Positions 45,101-54,720 of a DNA stretch of 64,000 bases are shown here, in pieces. The translations under genes were made by a program, and so were the position numbers. Source of the DNA: Candidatus Poribacteria bacterium (GTDB lineage Bacteria; Poribacteria; WGA-4E; WGA-3G); the NCBI GenBank assembly GCA_965237835.1, contig OZ250160.1, positions 128,503 through 192,502 of the forward strand, in the 5' to 3' direction. The notes under the pieces are model-generated. The model ran no database searches and was not told the DNA's origin. It saw only the letters and a program-made list of their open reading frames with translations. The first letter of the stretch is position 1. Each line of letters begins with the position of its first letter.

Positions 45101-47693
45101 TTTCTACGTGATGTACACCGTACGCAGCGGGTGTGAAACTGAAATCTGCTTCGTCCTTAGCCGATGTTAAAGTGCGAGTCTCTAATTGCGTAACTGTAGG
45201 GGTGGTTTGTGTTCTCCAGCGATGTGAGTTGTCAATTGCTGAAATTGTCACCTTCAAAGTTCGTCCGGCGGCAGTATTTCCTTCCGTATCAATTGCTATA
45301 TAGTTGAATGTGACCTTTTCATTTCGCTTAACTGTTCCCGCCTCTGGACGTTTGATTCCGACATAATGGGAGTATGGATGTATAGAAATCCTTTTTGAAG
45401 CAGAGACAGCGCGCCCGCCAAGTTCCTGAACCGATGTTTGTATATAGCCGCTTAGCGCAGATGGTGGTTTCAGACCTTCAGGAAGCGTAAACTGATATGT
45501 AGCATTTCCATCTATGTTGGTTATAGTTTCGTCAAGTTGAACTTGATCGTGATTGAAAGTGCGTGTTGAATCGAAAAAATTGAACGAACGCCACTTCTCA
45601 GGTGGCACGTAAGACACTGAATGAAGAACATAAAAGGAATTAACTTTTCTGCCTACTGCTGGTGTGCCAAAGAGATTCACTGCATTTACTTCCAAATTGA
45701 CCTCGTCCCCCAGCATATAGGAGTCTTTATCTGCTTCTACTGAGACTTTCATCCGATCAGGCATAAATTCTTCAACTTGAAACGAAACATATCCTATCTG
45801 TTTTTTGGCAGACCACATTCTGGCGGCATACCAACCTGTTGGAACGTATGCGGGAAGGGGAATTTGGACTTCGCAAGCACCCTCTTTATCTGTCTGCTTC
45901 TGAAATTCTTGCAGTGTAGTTTGATGTGGGGTTAAAATGTCAATCCGTATCGGAAGCGACTCGGGTGTTTCGTTATTTTTACCGCGTACGATTCCGACAA
46001 GATTAACTGTTTCTCCAGGACGATACACACCGCGCTCCGTGTAGAGAAACGCTTCATGTCCATCCGCTAAATAAGGTGATCCGCCGACATTGAATCCGTG
46101 CGTTGGAATTTGGTGCCGCTGTAATTGCAGGAGGGAAAAGTCATCCCCTTTCGTGACAGTGAGCAGGAATTGAGGATTCTTTTCAAGCAGTTCAGGAGTT
46201 AAGGCGAATTTGACAAAACCCGCGACGTCAGTTTTTCCCGTGAGCAGTGTATCCTTACCACGATTATCAATCAGATGAACTGTCGCCTGTGAAATAGAAT
46301 CTAAAGAGTCAAGCGAATTGACCCAAACCCATAATTCTTCATCAATTCTTTTGGCAACTATGCCGAGGTCTGTAACTACAATTAATCGTTCTGCGTAGCC
46401 TGTCCTACCTTTATCAGAATGAACTACTACCTTGAAAATACCCGCCTGTTTATCTGTCAGGAAATCCTTTAGCGGTAGTGGTGTGATTACCTCTTGGTTT
46501 AAGCGTGACTCAATTTTAAGTTCGCCTTGATGAATCAGTGTTGGCAAACTGGAAAGATAGACCTTCGCAATTCCGTACCCAACTTGTTCTATGTTGGTCG
46601 TTGCAAGATTGAACTTCAGAGAACCTTTTCTCGGAAGGAAAAATGACTTATCAGTAAAACGGATTCTCGGATGAAGATAGGGAACTGTTAGTCTTTTTAC
46701 AAAAGTGTTTCTTAAGATAGACCCATCTGCCGATGCTATACCGCGTTTGATGTTCACCGTATAGTCGGAACGAAAGTTGAAATCACCGTGAATTTCTAAT
46801 CCACGATGACGCGCGACTAACTGAAACGGGAGTGATGGTTCAACACTCGTAAGTCCTTGAAACATCTCAAGTGTGATTGGTGAACTGAAACTGAGCCAGA
46901 TAAATGGTTTGCCTTCTCTCTGTTGAAACTCTGTCCGATTGATCTGAAGTGCTTTTATATTACCAAGTTGTATTGGTGCGACGTTTGCCTCTTTAAGTCC
47001 GGTTTCTGTCCCTGTACATTTAAATCCTTTCCCAATTTGCACCTGCTGGTATCGTCCTTCAAGTAGTGGTAAAATGTCTTCAATTTCTATGAGAACAGTT
47101 CTCGTAACAGAGTTTTGTGTTTGGAAGATATAAGGGATTTCAGCACCACTCCCCGTTAAAATTGATAGGAACTCCTCTAAACCTGCAATGTTGACAGCGT
47201 AATTAAAGTTTACTGTCCCAACAGCTTTTGCTTTCTTGAGGTCTTTATCATATTGGAAGCCGATCTCAGCGCGTTCCACCTTAAATGGTTCTGTTGAATA
47301 GGTAAACTTTTGCTTCCCCGTGAGAACAAAATCAGCAGTTGGATTCAGTTTTGTTGAAAGTTCAAAAGTGTAATTAACAGATGGTGCCAAAGCACTTTCT
47401 AAATAGAAACCGATTTTATTACGTGCCACCCATCTTGCTTTTCCTTGAAGTTCCGGTGTGATCTGAATTGCATTACTCGGCAATTCAGTGAAAAGTAGAT
47501 TTTCATCAATTATGGGTTCAGAGAACGTTATTAAAAAATCGGCTGCTTCATCAGTTTCAGACCCATGTGCGAACGACTTTACACTGAATTCGGATTTTTC
47601 TGTCTCTTCGGCACTAATGATCTGCACTGAGAGGCAAAAAGCCATGAACGCAATAAAACCGAATATGAATTTTTGGACTACGTTAAATTTCAT
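42165..47693 (-). CDS. Bacterial alpha-2-macroglobulin family protein with an intact thioester motif
   Basis: 1842 aa with a signal peptide and MG-domain repeats. YPHGCLEQTTSRVFPL has CLEQ encoded at 43536-43547. Confidence 0.85.
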   Translation of the reverse strand: MKFNVVQKFIFGFIAFMAFCLSVQIISAEETEKSEFSVKSFAHGSETDEAADFLITFSEPIIDENLLFTELPSNAIQITPELQGKARWVARNKIGFYLESALAPSVNYTFELSTKLNPTADFVLTGKQKFTYSTEPFKVERAEIGFQYDKDLKKAKAVGTVNFNYAVNIAGLEEFLSILTGSGAEIPYIFQTQNSVTRTVLIEIEDILPLLEGRYQQVQIGKGFKCTGTETGLKEANVAPIQLGNIKALQINRTEFQQREGKPFIWLSFSSPITLEMFQGLTSVEPSLPFQLVARHRGLEIHGDFNFRSDYTVNIKRGIASADGSILRNTFVKRLTVPYLHPRIRFTDKSFFLPRKGSLKFNLATTNIEQVGYGIAKVYLSSLPTLIHQGELKIESRLNQEVITPLPLKDFLTDKQAGIFKVVVHSDKGRTGYAERLIVVTDLGIVAKRIDEELWVWVNSLDSLDSISQATVHLIDNRGKDTLLTGKTDVAGFVKFALTPELLEKNPQFLLTVTKGDDFSLLQLQRHQIPTHGFNVGGSPYLADGHEAFLYTERGVYRPGETVNLVGIVRGKNNETPESLPIRIDILTPHQTTLQEFQKQTDKEGACEVQIPLPAYVPTGWYAARMWSAKKQIGYVSFQVEEFMPDRMKVSVEADKDSYMLGDEVNLEVNAVNLFGTPAVGRKVNSFYVLHSVSYVPPEKWRSFNFFDSTRTFNHDQVQLDETITNIDGNATYQFTLPEGLKPPSALSGYIQTSVQELGGRAVSASKRISIHPYSHYVGIKRPEAGTVKRNEKVTFNYIAIDTEGNTAAGRTLKVTISAIDNSHRWRTQTTPTVTQLETRTLTSAKDEADFSFTPAAYGVHHVEIEDVDSGAKTSTQFYVSEWGGVPWSMEKPDTLEMTLDKDSYRPGEKAKLHIKPPFPGKVLLTIEQEKVLSYQTIIVKENTATLTIPVQDIYAPNVYLSATLIRSTTSLEKDAPARAFGIIPLKLDAESHQLKVEIDAPEQIRPNREVDIKFRVQGERKGKSYRVAIAAVDEGILQLTGTQTPKPHAYFYQQRRLESISYEFYTAITKDNQFPIKPIESLDDLMKLAISEATKAQMMRSQFALSQILVESHADTVGFSYAGGGVSLDRLSRGVSQTARMSSRVNTDTVVRGTSVSLWSGLMTTDANGHGSVRFKIPQFNGTLRVMAVAFSGADYGSATEKIQVRDPVVLTPTFPRFLSGGDQIRVPVSVFNGTANKGDFSVKLKATGPVQLLTENGSINHSVLIKGDSIQKQMEIAAGKEGQLFFDVIAHDAVGIATFNLSASGNGEEIQYAPVRLPLRSAAPPVTKTGQGVVREDEPADFIFPSNLRADTSEFMVTLSPLPAVRFANGLRYLVQYPHGCLEQTTSRVFPLLYLSDLARIIEPALAEEGKIDEYIEAGITKLEDMLTPEHHFAYWPGRSNVNNWSSIYASHFLVEAQKAGHEVSPLVYNRMLEGLRHQARNGGSINKPNAKTDRYSLAQAVYACYVLAAADQPEKPVMHYLKNNRLSELNDYSLFQLAGAFALSGDIKTALSMLPDSIEFENMGRRDTGRNFDSPIRAQAIMLDVLIEVKENHPAIPKLVENLTNAASKGQRWGTTQENAFALLALGKFLNKQPHQKFTGTITRNDAHLANFDSTGTQHIGSDWDGAHMKLTINGKGTCYYYWEAFGISRDSYIEEYGRELQINRRYLTPDGSRVKNVFQQGELVIAEITVKALTSNLENVVVIDMLPAGFEIENPRLITRDSASWSKDKQAFTPNYIDIRDDRLLFYGTFQYQREERFYYALRAVTQGTFTVPPVSAEAMYDPSKSAVASTGTIQVVK

Positions 47694-47710
47694 GGGAATG
47701 TCTCCTATGT

Positions 47711-48640
47711 TTAGGTGTCAACCTTCAAACTCCCTACCAATTCCTTTATTGATCTCATGTTATTCTTCTTAAGGTAGGCGTGGATACCTTTTGCTACTTC
47801 CATTGACGCTTGTGGATTGACAAAATTCGCTGTTCCTATTGCAACAGCAGATGCGCCAGCGATGAAAAATTCCACTGCATCTGTCGCATCCATAATACCA
47901 CCCATCCCAACAATCGGGATAGAGACGGTTTGGTAAACCTCCCAAACCAATCGCAAAGCGACAGGTTTTATCGCAGGACCTGAGAGACCGCCTGTGACGT
48001 TTGCGAGTTCTGGTCTGCGTGTCTCAGCGTTGATTGCCATACCGATCAGCGTGTTAATCGCAGAAAGCGCGTTTGCTCCAGCATCTTCAACAGCGCGTGC
48101 AATCACGGTAATATCTGTGACGTTCGGTGACAATTTCACCAATAACGGTAAATGCGTCTTTGCTCTCACCTCTTTCACAAGTTGATGTGCTAAAGTTGCA
48201 TCAACGCCGAAACTCATTCCACCGCAATCCAAGTTTGGACAGGAGATGTTAAGTTCTACGCCAGCAACGCCTTCAGCATCGTTTAACTTCTCAACGACTA
48301 TTAAGTATTCTTCAACCGTTTTGCCACACACATTGACAATCACTGGCACATCAAAATCTCGAAGGTAGGGTAACTTCTGAGAGATAAAACCATCTACGCC
48401 GACATTCTGCAGTCCAATGGCGTTGAGCATGCCTGATGGGGTTTCCATAATACGCTGCATCGGATTGCCGGGCCACGGAACGCTTGTAACGCCTTTCACG
48501 ACAACCGCCCCGAGTCGGTTCAAGTCTACGAAATCCGCGTATTCACTGCCATATCCGAATGTTCCCGATGCAGTCATCACAGGGTTCCGCATCCGAATCC
48601 CGCCAATATTCACGTTGAGTGCGAAGTTTTCTTTATCCAT
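47711..48640 (-). CDS. pyrD: Dihydroorotate dehydrogenase, class 1B catalytic subunit
   Basis: 309 aa with NPVMTASGTFGYG, ELNISCPN and GGIMDATDAVEF. Confidence 0.85.
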   Translation of the reverse strand: MDKENFALNVNIGGIRMRNPVMTASGTFGYGSEYADFVDLNRLGAVVVKGVTSVPWPGNPMQRIMETPSGMLNAIGLQNVGVDGFISQKLPYLRDFDVPVIVNVCGKTVEEYLIVVEKLNDAEGVAGVELNISCPNLDCGGMSFGVDATLAHQLVKEVRAKTHLPLLVKLSPNVTDITVIARAVEDAGANALSAINTLIGMAINAETRRPELANVTGGLSGPAIKPVALRLVWEVYQTVSIPIVGMGGIMDATDAVEFFIAGASAVAIGTANFVNPQASMEVAKGIHAYLKKNNMRSIKELVGSLKVDT

Positions 48641-48744
48641 TATGAGTCATAATAGCAGGTCTATTTGAAAATTTCAAGACAAGATTTTCTAAATCTTGCG
48701 GAAGAGATTTGAATCCAATTACTGCGACTAAATCCTGTGCAACA

Positions 48745-50655
48745 TTACCAACTGAGATAGACGACTCGGAAATCAAAGAACAACCCTAAAATGCTAATCA
48801 CAGATGCAACAATAACGTCCCCGATAACCAAACCGATGAAAAACGGAATGGCACGTCGATATAAGTGAACACCACCCGTTGAAAGCAGAATCCGTTTAAC
48901 CATCCAGCTGATTAGAAGCGGAAACCAGAGACCTGTAAATGTCCACCAACTTGAAACAACATATCCAACAGGGTGTAGGGGCCACTGAATAAATCGCCAC
49001 CGTAACATTAGTAGACTACCAGCGAAAATAAAACCACCGACAGTATACAACAAGCCACTGACATTCGTGTCACTAGGATTGTAAAGCCATCCAGCGAGTC
49101 TATTGAAAGCTGCACGGGCATACCATGAACGTGCATTCTCTAAACCAACCTGATAAGAGAGGTGTAGATGTCCCCACGCAGCGGAAAGTGCACCGACAAA
49201 AATCGCAATTGCTAATACCCACAACAGTTGAGTAGAATTAAAGCGGGTTTGATGCGCGAGTTTTAAAGCCTCCAATTGGTGCGGCATTGGATGCGCGCGG
49301 TAGGAAAGATGGTTCAGCCAGAAGAAAAGCGACATGACAGATAGATTGCGATTGCCGATACGTCTTGTGCCGAATGCGTCTGTCAAGAGTAGATCCGGTC
49401 CCGCGTTATATAGATCGTGGGCAGGCGGTCCCAATTCTGCGCGAATGCGCGTAATAGTAATTGACATTGCAAAATATAGCACAAAGAACAGAACAGCAAA
49501 CCAGAGAGACATTCCCGCTTTCAGACAAAACGCTATAATCAAGATGAATCCAATAAGTGCACCCACCACCGCCGTTTTGTAGCGTAACGCCTCACCTTCA
49601 TCGCTATCAGTCATTGCACGACTGCTAAACAAAGTCCTCAACACAACCTTAACATGTGAACGTCCCATCCACAACGTCCAGAGAAATAGGGCTATCCATA
49701 CCCCTCGAATTTGTGCCATTTCTCTCGGAAATCCGATCGCACTGCGCCAGCCGAAACTTTCACCGACAATCCGTTGAAAATGCCAAAACAGATGGAAAAA
49801 CCAGCAGGAAAAACCCAAATCAAGCGGAATCAGGAAGCCAATACCAATTGCAAAAGGAAAGAAACTAATACGGAATCCGGGGTTATTCATCGCGCTCCAC
49901 GGCTTTTCGGTGAGACTGAAACTATGGTAAAGCGGAATTGTAGGAAAAACAGGATTGATTTGATGTAAACTATAGAGCAGGTTCAACAAGGCAGCGATAC
50001 ACAAACCCACAGTCATCATCCGCCGATTGAAAAATCGGTTTTTTCCTTGCGTGATTTCAAGGGGGAGTTGGGCAATCGGATAGGTAAGCCGTTCATGTTC
50101 CTGCCACTGTTTGCGTAAAAGCACATTAAGGCAGAGCATTGTTATCCCGATGACAAGGCAAAAGCCTACCCATATCAGCGTTGGCAGCAACCACGCCTGT
50201 AGATGTGCTTGAAGATAGAATGTGGATTCGCCTTCATAGAATCTTCGTAATATATCATGCTTACTAACTACAAGCCATTCAGGAAGATGTTGATGAAAGA
50301 GTTGTGCCCATTCGTTTTCAGGTGTTGCATACCAGAAGCCGTTACCCATCAACGGAACCAACACTTGGAGCATATCGCGTCCAGCGAAGACGGAAGCTTG
50401 GCAGAGCATCGCGTAGATAGTTAGCAGTTCGCTTTGTGTAAACGCGAGTGTTGGTCGTAACCGTCGCAGTAACGTATTGAGCGCAATCAGAACAAGCAAC
50501 GTAAACAGCACATTGAAGAGTAACGCCAAACTTGTGGGACGATTGGAATCCCAAATGTAACTGAGATGTAGAATCCAATAGCTGTTAAGCGGGATAAGAG
50601 CAATCCCGATTAACGTTGCACGTAATGTGATAGGACTTTTCGTTAGAGGCTTCAT
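48745..50655 (-). CDS. Large polytopic membrane protein, function unknown
   Basis: 636 aa with more than 12 hydrophobic segments and no motif recognised. Confidence 0.5.
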   Translation of the reverse strand: MKPLTKSPITLRATLIGIALIPLNSYWILHLSYIWDSNRPTSLALLFNVLFTLLVLIALNTLLRRLRPTLAFTQSELLTIYAMLCQASVFAGRDMLQVLVPLMGNGFWYATPENEWAQLFHQHLPEWLVVSKHDILRRFYEGESTFYLQAHLQAWLLPTLIWVGFCLVIGITMLCLNVLLRKQWQEHERLTYPIAQLPLEITQGKNRFFNRRMMTVGLCIAALLNLLYSLHQINPVFPTIPLYHSFSLTEKPWSAMNNPGFRISFFPFAIGIGFLIPLDLGFSCWFFHLFWHFQRIVGESFGWRSAIGFPREMAQIRGVWIALFLWTLWMGRSHVKVVLRTLFSSRAMTDSDEGEALRYKTAVVGALIGFILIIAFCLKAGMSLWFAVLFFVLYFAMSITITRIRAELGPPAHDLYNAGPDLLLTDAFGTRRIGNRNLSVMSLFFWLNHLSYRAHPMPHQLEALKLAHQTRFNSTQLLWVLAIAIFVGALSAAWGHLHLSYQVGLENARSWYARAAFNRLAGWLYNPSDTNVSGLLYTVGGFIFAGSLLMLRWRFIQWPLHPVGYVVSSWWTFTGLWFPLLISWMVKRILLSTGGVHLYRRAIPFFIGLVIGDVIVASVISILGLFFDFRVVYLSW

Positions 50656-50670
50656 AGAGAGGAAAGAAAA

Positions 50671-50883
50671 ATGGTGATGGTGGTATTCGGTCTTGTTGTT
50701 CTTATTATAATAGGTGGTGGGGTGTTGATAGCACGACTGGCAACAGCAGCAAAATCAAAGGGTTCTTGGCTATGGGGTGTCTTTATTCTCATTCTGCTCA
50801 TCTGTATTCCGCTTTTCCTGTTAGGTATCTGCGTGTGGTTGCTAAACTACTACAATATAGACTTCGGTCCACTGAAAAATTAA
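50671..50883 (+). CDS. Small membrane protein (70 aa), hypothetical
   Basis: Two hydrophobic helices. Its last codons lie in the direct repeat that flanks the nested MITE. Confidence 0.3.
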   Translation: MVMVVFGLVVLIIIGGGVLIARLATAAKSKGSWLWGVFILILLICIPLFLLGICVWLLNYYNIDFGPLKN

Positions 50884-50887
50884 CCCA

Positions 50888-51358
50888 TAGGTGTCAATTT
50901 ATCTGGACTCCAACCCCGGTAGGTGCGGTTTTGCGGTGTACTCACCCAAATGCGATCTGCATTCCTAACCGAACAGGAATTATGCGAGTCCTGTTAGCCG
51001 TAGTTCCTGTTTTTTCCAACTCTGTTTGGAAGATACTGGGATAAGAAGTTATTGGGAATGATCCGGTGCGGTTAGAAACCGCACCATAGGCGTCAATTTA
51101 GCGGTTTCCAACTACGGTAAATGCGGTTTCCTAACTGCACCTTTTTGTATCAACATCTCAAATAACGCAAAGGACGAGAATATCAGCGTTCGTAGTCGCG
51201 CAATTCATTGCGCCTCTTTTCTTCGAATGTAAGAGGCGCAATGAATTGCGCGACTACAAACGAGTTCTTTCCTTAAATTGACGCCTATGGTGCGGTTAGA
51301 AACAGCGCCTACCGGTCCTGGATATCAGTGTTGTATGATTTTCTTAAATTGACACCTA
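50888..51358. mobile_element. Outer non-autonomous element (TIR TAGGTGTCAATTTA / TAAATTGACACCTA)
   Basis: 14-bp perfect inverted repeats at 50888-50901 and 51345-51358. The flanks are 20-bp direct repeats TCCACTGAAAAA(T/C)TAACCCA at 50868-50887 and 51362-51381. Confidence 0.6.
51086..51288. mobile_element. Inner element nested in the outer one (TIR ATAGGCGTCAATTTA / TAAATTGACGCCTAT)
   Basis: 15-bp perfect inverted repeats. The flanks are 21-bp direct repeats GGTGCGGTTAGAAAC(C/A)GC(A/G)CC at 51065-51085 and 51289-51309. It contains the 30-bp-stem hairpin at 51187-51261. Confidence 0.6.
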
Positions 51359-51373
51359 TGATCCACTGAAAAA

Positions 51374-52075
51374 CTAACCCATATTCATAGAAGGAGAGTC
51401 TGTGCTGTCCGCATCAGTAGAATCAGGATATTTTCCGGCTATGTAGAGAAAACAAAAGGTTAACCCGATGGCAATGACAATCCACAATATACCCCAAAAC
51501 ATTGTCGGAAGATTTGTCTCTTCCGCAAGCATCCGAGCATCGGAACGCAAATGTGAGCGATCCAAGACATCACTCTTGATGTCAAGGATAGCATAAAGAC
51601 AACTTGTTACGCCGATAATGCGCAACATCCAATCATTAACCACTTCTGGGAGAAACAATCCTGCTGCAATAAGTGCTACCCCAAAACCGATCCCGAAAAG
51701 GCGGGTGAACGTATCGGAACCAAAACCGATAGTGATAGCTACCATGCCGACACCGATCAGCACACTAATCGCTTTCTCAAAGTGCGTTCTTGCTGCTAAT
51801 AATAGGATAATACCACCCCATAGCAAACTACCAAGATAACCTGCGTTGAGCGTCCAAAACCGAGATCCTCCTCTTGTGAGCGCATGTCCTCCCTGTTGAG
51901 AATTAATTTCAATTTCGACGATGCTTCCACCCGTGGCATACGCTGCAAGCCCGTGGCTTACTTCGTGCATAAAAACAACGAAAACCTTGAGCGGAAACAT
52001 CACCACTGTATTCCACAGCAGTGCAATCCCGATAAAAATTAAAAGCAGGGCAATATACCGTTTAAATAGAATCAA
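51374..52075 (-). CDS. M50B-like membrane metallopeptidase
   Basis: 233 aa, polytopic, with HExxH (MHEVSHGLAAY) in the first TM region. Confidence 0.6.
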   Translation of the reverse strand: MILFKRYIALLLIFIGIALLWNTVVMFPLKVFVVFMHEVSHGLAAYATGGSIVEIEINSQQGGHALTRGGSRFWTLNAGYLGSLLWGGIILLLAARTHFEKAISVLIGVGMVAITIGFGSDTFTRLFGIGFGVALIAAGLFLPEVVNDWMLRIIGVTSCLYAILDIKSDVLDRSHLRSDARMLAEETNLPTMFWGILWIVIAIGLTFCFLYIAGKYPDSTDADSTDSPSMNMG

Positions 52076-52292
52076 AATCTGTCCTCATATATTGTAAATT
52101 TCGAAATGCAGACATTTCCTTGTAGATATGCGTTGTGAACATACCAACCAAAAGGCATCTGTAGTTATGAACACCACCATAAATTATTTGCATGTAGATT
52201 GACGATCTGTTATAGTATATCATAAGGAATGTAAAAAATACACTCTAAAAGTGAAGGCGCGCACCATAAACGTCGTTACCGGAATGAAATAA

Positions 52293-53366
52293 ATGAATAC
52301 TTTTGGATACCTTTTTCGAATTACAACTTGGGGAGAATCGCATGGTGCTGCTGTTGGCGTTGTCGTTGATGGATGCCCACCGCAGATTGACCTTGATATA
52401 TCCGCTATACAATATGAACTCAATCGTCGGAGGCCGGGGCAAAGTCATCTCACGACACCGCGTCAGGAGGAAGATGCTGTTGAAATACTTTCCGGCGTGT
52501 TTGAAGGCAAAACAACCGGTACGCCTATCTCCATGCTGGTGCGGAACAAGAACGCGCGTCCGGCGGACTACGAACATCTGAAAGACCTCTATCGTCCGTC
52601 ACACGCAGATTTTACGTATCGGCAGAAGTTTGGCATTCGAGACTGGTTAGGAGGTGGTAGAGCAAGTGCACGGGAAACCATTGGCAGAGTTGCTGCGGGG
52701 GCAATTGCGAAGCAGATCTTGCGTGAGCGATGTGAAACTGAAGCACTCGCGTATGTCAAACAGATTCATACGTTGGAAGCCGAAGTGGACACAGACAAGG
52801 TAACACTTGAAGAGATAGAAGCGAGTCCGGTGCGGTGTCCCGACCAGATTATTAGTCCGAAAATGGCGGAACGTATTGATCAAGCGCGACGAGATAGGGA
52901 TTCCCTCGGTGGTATAATCGAATCTGTTTGCCGCAATGTGCCTGTTGGCCTCGGTGAACCTGTCTTTGACAAACTCAAGGCGGACTTAGCGAAAGCGATG
53001 ATGTCTCTACCCGCAACGATGGGATTTCAAATCGGTTCAGGTTTTGATGGTATTACTATGACAGGTTCTGAGCATAACGATGAATTCTACAATGAAGATG
53101 GACGAATTCGCACCCGAACGAACAATTCCGGTGGCACACAAGGTGGTATTTCAAACGGTGAAAACATCGTGTTCCAAATCGCTTTCAAACCGACAGCGAC
53201 GATCGGCAAACCACAAAAGACTGTGGATGTGGATGGAAACGAAGTGACTTTAGAGGCAAGTGGACGGCACGACCCATGCGTGTTAGTGCGTGCCCCTGCT
53301 ATTGTAGAGGCGATGGCAGCACTCGTTCTCATTGACCATCTGCTCCGTCAGCAGGCGAAATTTTAA
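52293..53366 (+). CDS. aroC: Chorismate synthase
   Basis: 357 aa with [23 protein letters not shown]-like ([14 protein letters not shown]) and RHDPCV. Confidence 0.9.
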   Translation: MNTFGYLFRITTWGESHGAAVGVVVDGCPPQIDLDISAIQYELNRRRPGQSHLTTPRQEEDAVEILSGVFEGKTTGTPISMLVRNKNARPADYEHLKDLYRPSHADFTYRQKFGIRDWLGGGRASARETIGRVAAGAIAKQILRERCETEALAYVKQIHTLEAEVDTDKVTLEEIEASPVRCPDQIISPKMAERIDQARRDRDSLGGIIESVCRNVPVGLGEPVFDKLKADLAKAMMSLPATMGFQIGSGFDGITMTGSEHNDEFYNEDGRIRTRTNNSGGTQGGISNGENIVFQIAFKPTATIGKPQKTVDVDGNEVTLEASGRHDPCVLVRAPAIVEAMAALVLIDHLLRQQAKF

Positions 53367-53414
53367 GAGATACTTGCATGGAAGGTCAAACAATCATAAC
53401 AACACAAGATGTTG

Positions 53415-53893
53415 ATGAAGGGAATTAACTAACAATCCCAAGTCTTTAGACTTCGGGTCCAATCACGTCAACTCGTGCGGAAGTATTTTAGATTATTTGA
53501 GACAAGCAAGGCTCTGTAGCGTAATGCGAAATAACGTAATGCAAACCGAAGTCCACACTGCGAAAAAGAAGGCAGTCCACTGGCACCGTAGCTATGGGAA
53601 GTGTGCAGATAGTAAAACTTGGCGGATCCCCAGAGGGACAAGTTGCGGTAAACAGTCATCGCCCGAGACGCTATCTTATCAAAAAGATTTAAGATGCGAA
53701 GTGCGAATTAATCTTTAACCTCGCGGTAGGATATACCGAGAGAATAAACGCCTGTGGAACAGATGTAAGACCACATATAAGTCAGTGACTTCGGTTAGCA
53801 TGACGGGGTGGCAAACTGTGTAGAAGCAGGAATCACATAGGAGGGGTTGTGTGTTTCAAAGAAGCACACGGCTTTAGCCGTAGTGAGTATCAC
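53415..53893 (+). repeat. Hairpin-bounded non-coding element, copy Y1
   Basis: 479 nt. It differs from 55176-55657 by 2 substitutions and a 3-nt indel. The 5' hairpin is CCCAAGTC-TTTAG-ACTTCGGG and the 3' hairpin is CGG-CTTTAG-CCG. Confidence 0.7.
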
Positions 53894-54194
53894 CTGTTTA
53901 TCTCTACCGTTGTTCGGTTAATTCAACGGCGTGCCTTCCCGAACCTATGCAACATCATTGCCAAAACACATTCAGCAGACATCGCAAGGTGGTTTCCGCA
54001 CCTCCGTCCCGAAGCGAAAAGCAGCCTCTTTACTCTTTTATACGGTAGGAACAATCATTCCGATGTTTTTCAAACGTATTCGCATTGATCCTGCTGTTGC
54101 TACGGGACCGTTTGTTACAACTGCGATTGATGTAATTGGTATTTTTACTTATTTTTTATTGGCAAAAATTTTTCTCTTTGGAGAATTGGTGTAG
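53894..54194 (+). pseudogene. mgtE: mgtE (magnesium transporter) remnant with a large internal deletion and frameshift
   Basis: An N-terminal-like piece, ...NIIAKTHSADIARWFPHLRPEAKSSLFTLL, joins out of frame to the C-terminal TM piece GTIIPMFFKRIRIDPAVATGPFVTTAIDVIGIFTYFLLAKIFL. About 300 central codons are missing. Confidence 0.6.
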
Positions 54195-54227
54195 GCATCA
54201 GGAAATAGTGATCCCTCGCCGTCGTTA

Positions 54228-54719
54228 ATGAGGGTATCAGAAATGACTACGGCAACCGAAATCAAAGGAGTCGCACCCGATAAGACTTTGGAAGTTTGTG
54301 CCCGACAGATTGTCGTGGGTTATTTCCGCGAAATGATGTCTCACAAAACTGGTGCAAGTGATGGCACTAATATTGAATTTGTCCACGATATGCGTGTTGC
54401 CTCTCGACGACTGCGTGCTGCAATGGACAATTTCGCTGAATGTTTTGACAAAGAGTCGTTCAAAAAATACTATAAACAGATAAAAACTATCACACGGACA
54501 ATGGGAGCAGTGCGTGATCTTGATGTCCTTATCGTGCGTTTTCAAAAGGAGTTGTCTCCCCTAACTGAAACTGAGCAAAGAGATATACAAGGACTGATTG
54601 AACACCTACAGCAGAAACGAGAAGAAGCGCGAAAACCGATGTTAGTGCTATTTACAGAATTTGATGAAACCGATTTTGAGACACAATTTCTGACATTTTT
54701 TGAGGCGGAGACATGTTAA
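54228..54719 (+). CDS. CHAD-domain protein, first half-domain
   Basis: VHDMRVASRRLRAAMDNF and GAVRDLDVLI blocks. The stop lies 1 nt before the next ATG. Confidence 0.6.
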   Translation: MRVSEMTTATEIKGVAPDKTLEVCARQIVVGYFREMMSHKTGASDGTNIEFVHDMRVASRRLRAAMDNFAECFDKESFKKYYKQIKTITRTMGAVRDLDVLIVRFQKELSPLTETEQRDIQGLIEHLQQKREEARKPMLVLFTEFDETDFETQFLTFFEAETC

Positions 54720-54720
54720 A

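Noticed and set aside
50766-51044. 92-aa ORF within the nested MITE region
   Set aside because: It lies entirely in repeat DNA, starts at a non-canonical codon and has no RBS.
53497-53718. 73-aa ORFs inside Y1 and Y2 (also 55258-55479, with antisense 63-aa ORFs) as real genes
   Set aside because: They use a non-ATG start without an RBS and give basic, low-complexity translations. The diverged copy X has no equivalent ORF. Two substitutions are too few to test coding constraint.
53470-53893. Element Y as an ORF-less group II intron (it contains GTGCG at about 53474)
   Set aside because: There is no domain V-like 34-nt hairpin with an AGC triad and GNRA loop, no domain VI bulged A and no reverse transcriptase. 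The diverged copy X lacks GTGCG altogether.
53415-53893. Element Y as an M-box (Mg2+) riboswitch leader of mgtE, because M-boxes contain a GCUAAAGC block
   Set aside because: CTAAAG is on the strand opposite the mgtE remnant. The same element type precedes a methyltransferase gene and follows a CHAD gene. I could not find other M-box blocks such as GGUGAGGCU.
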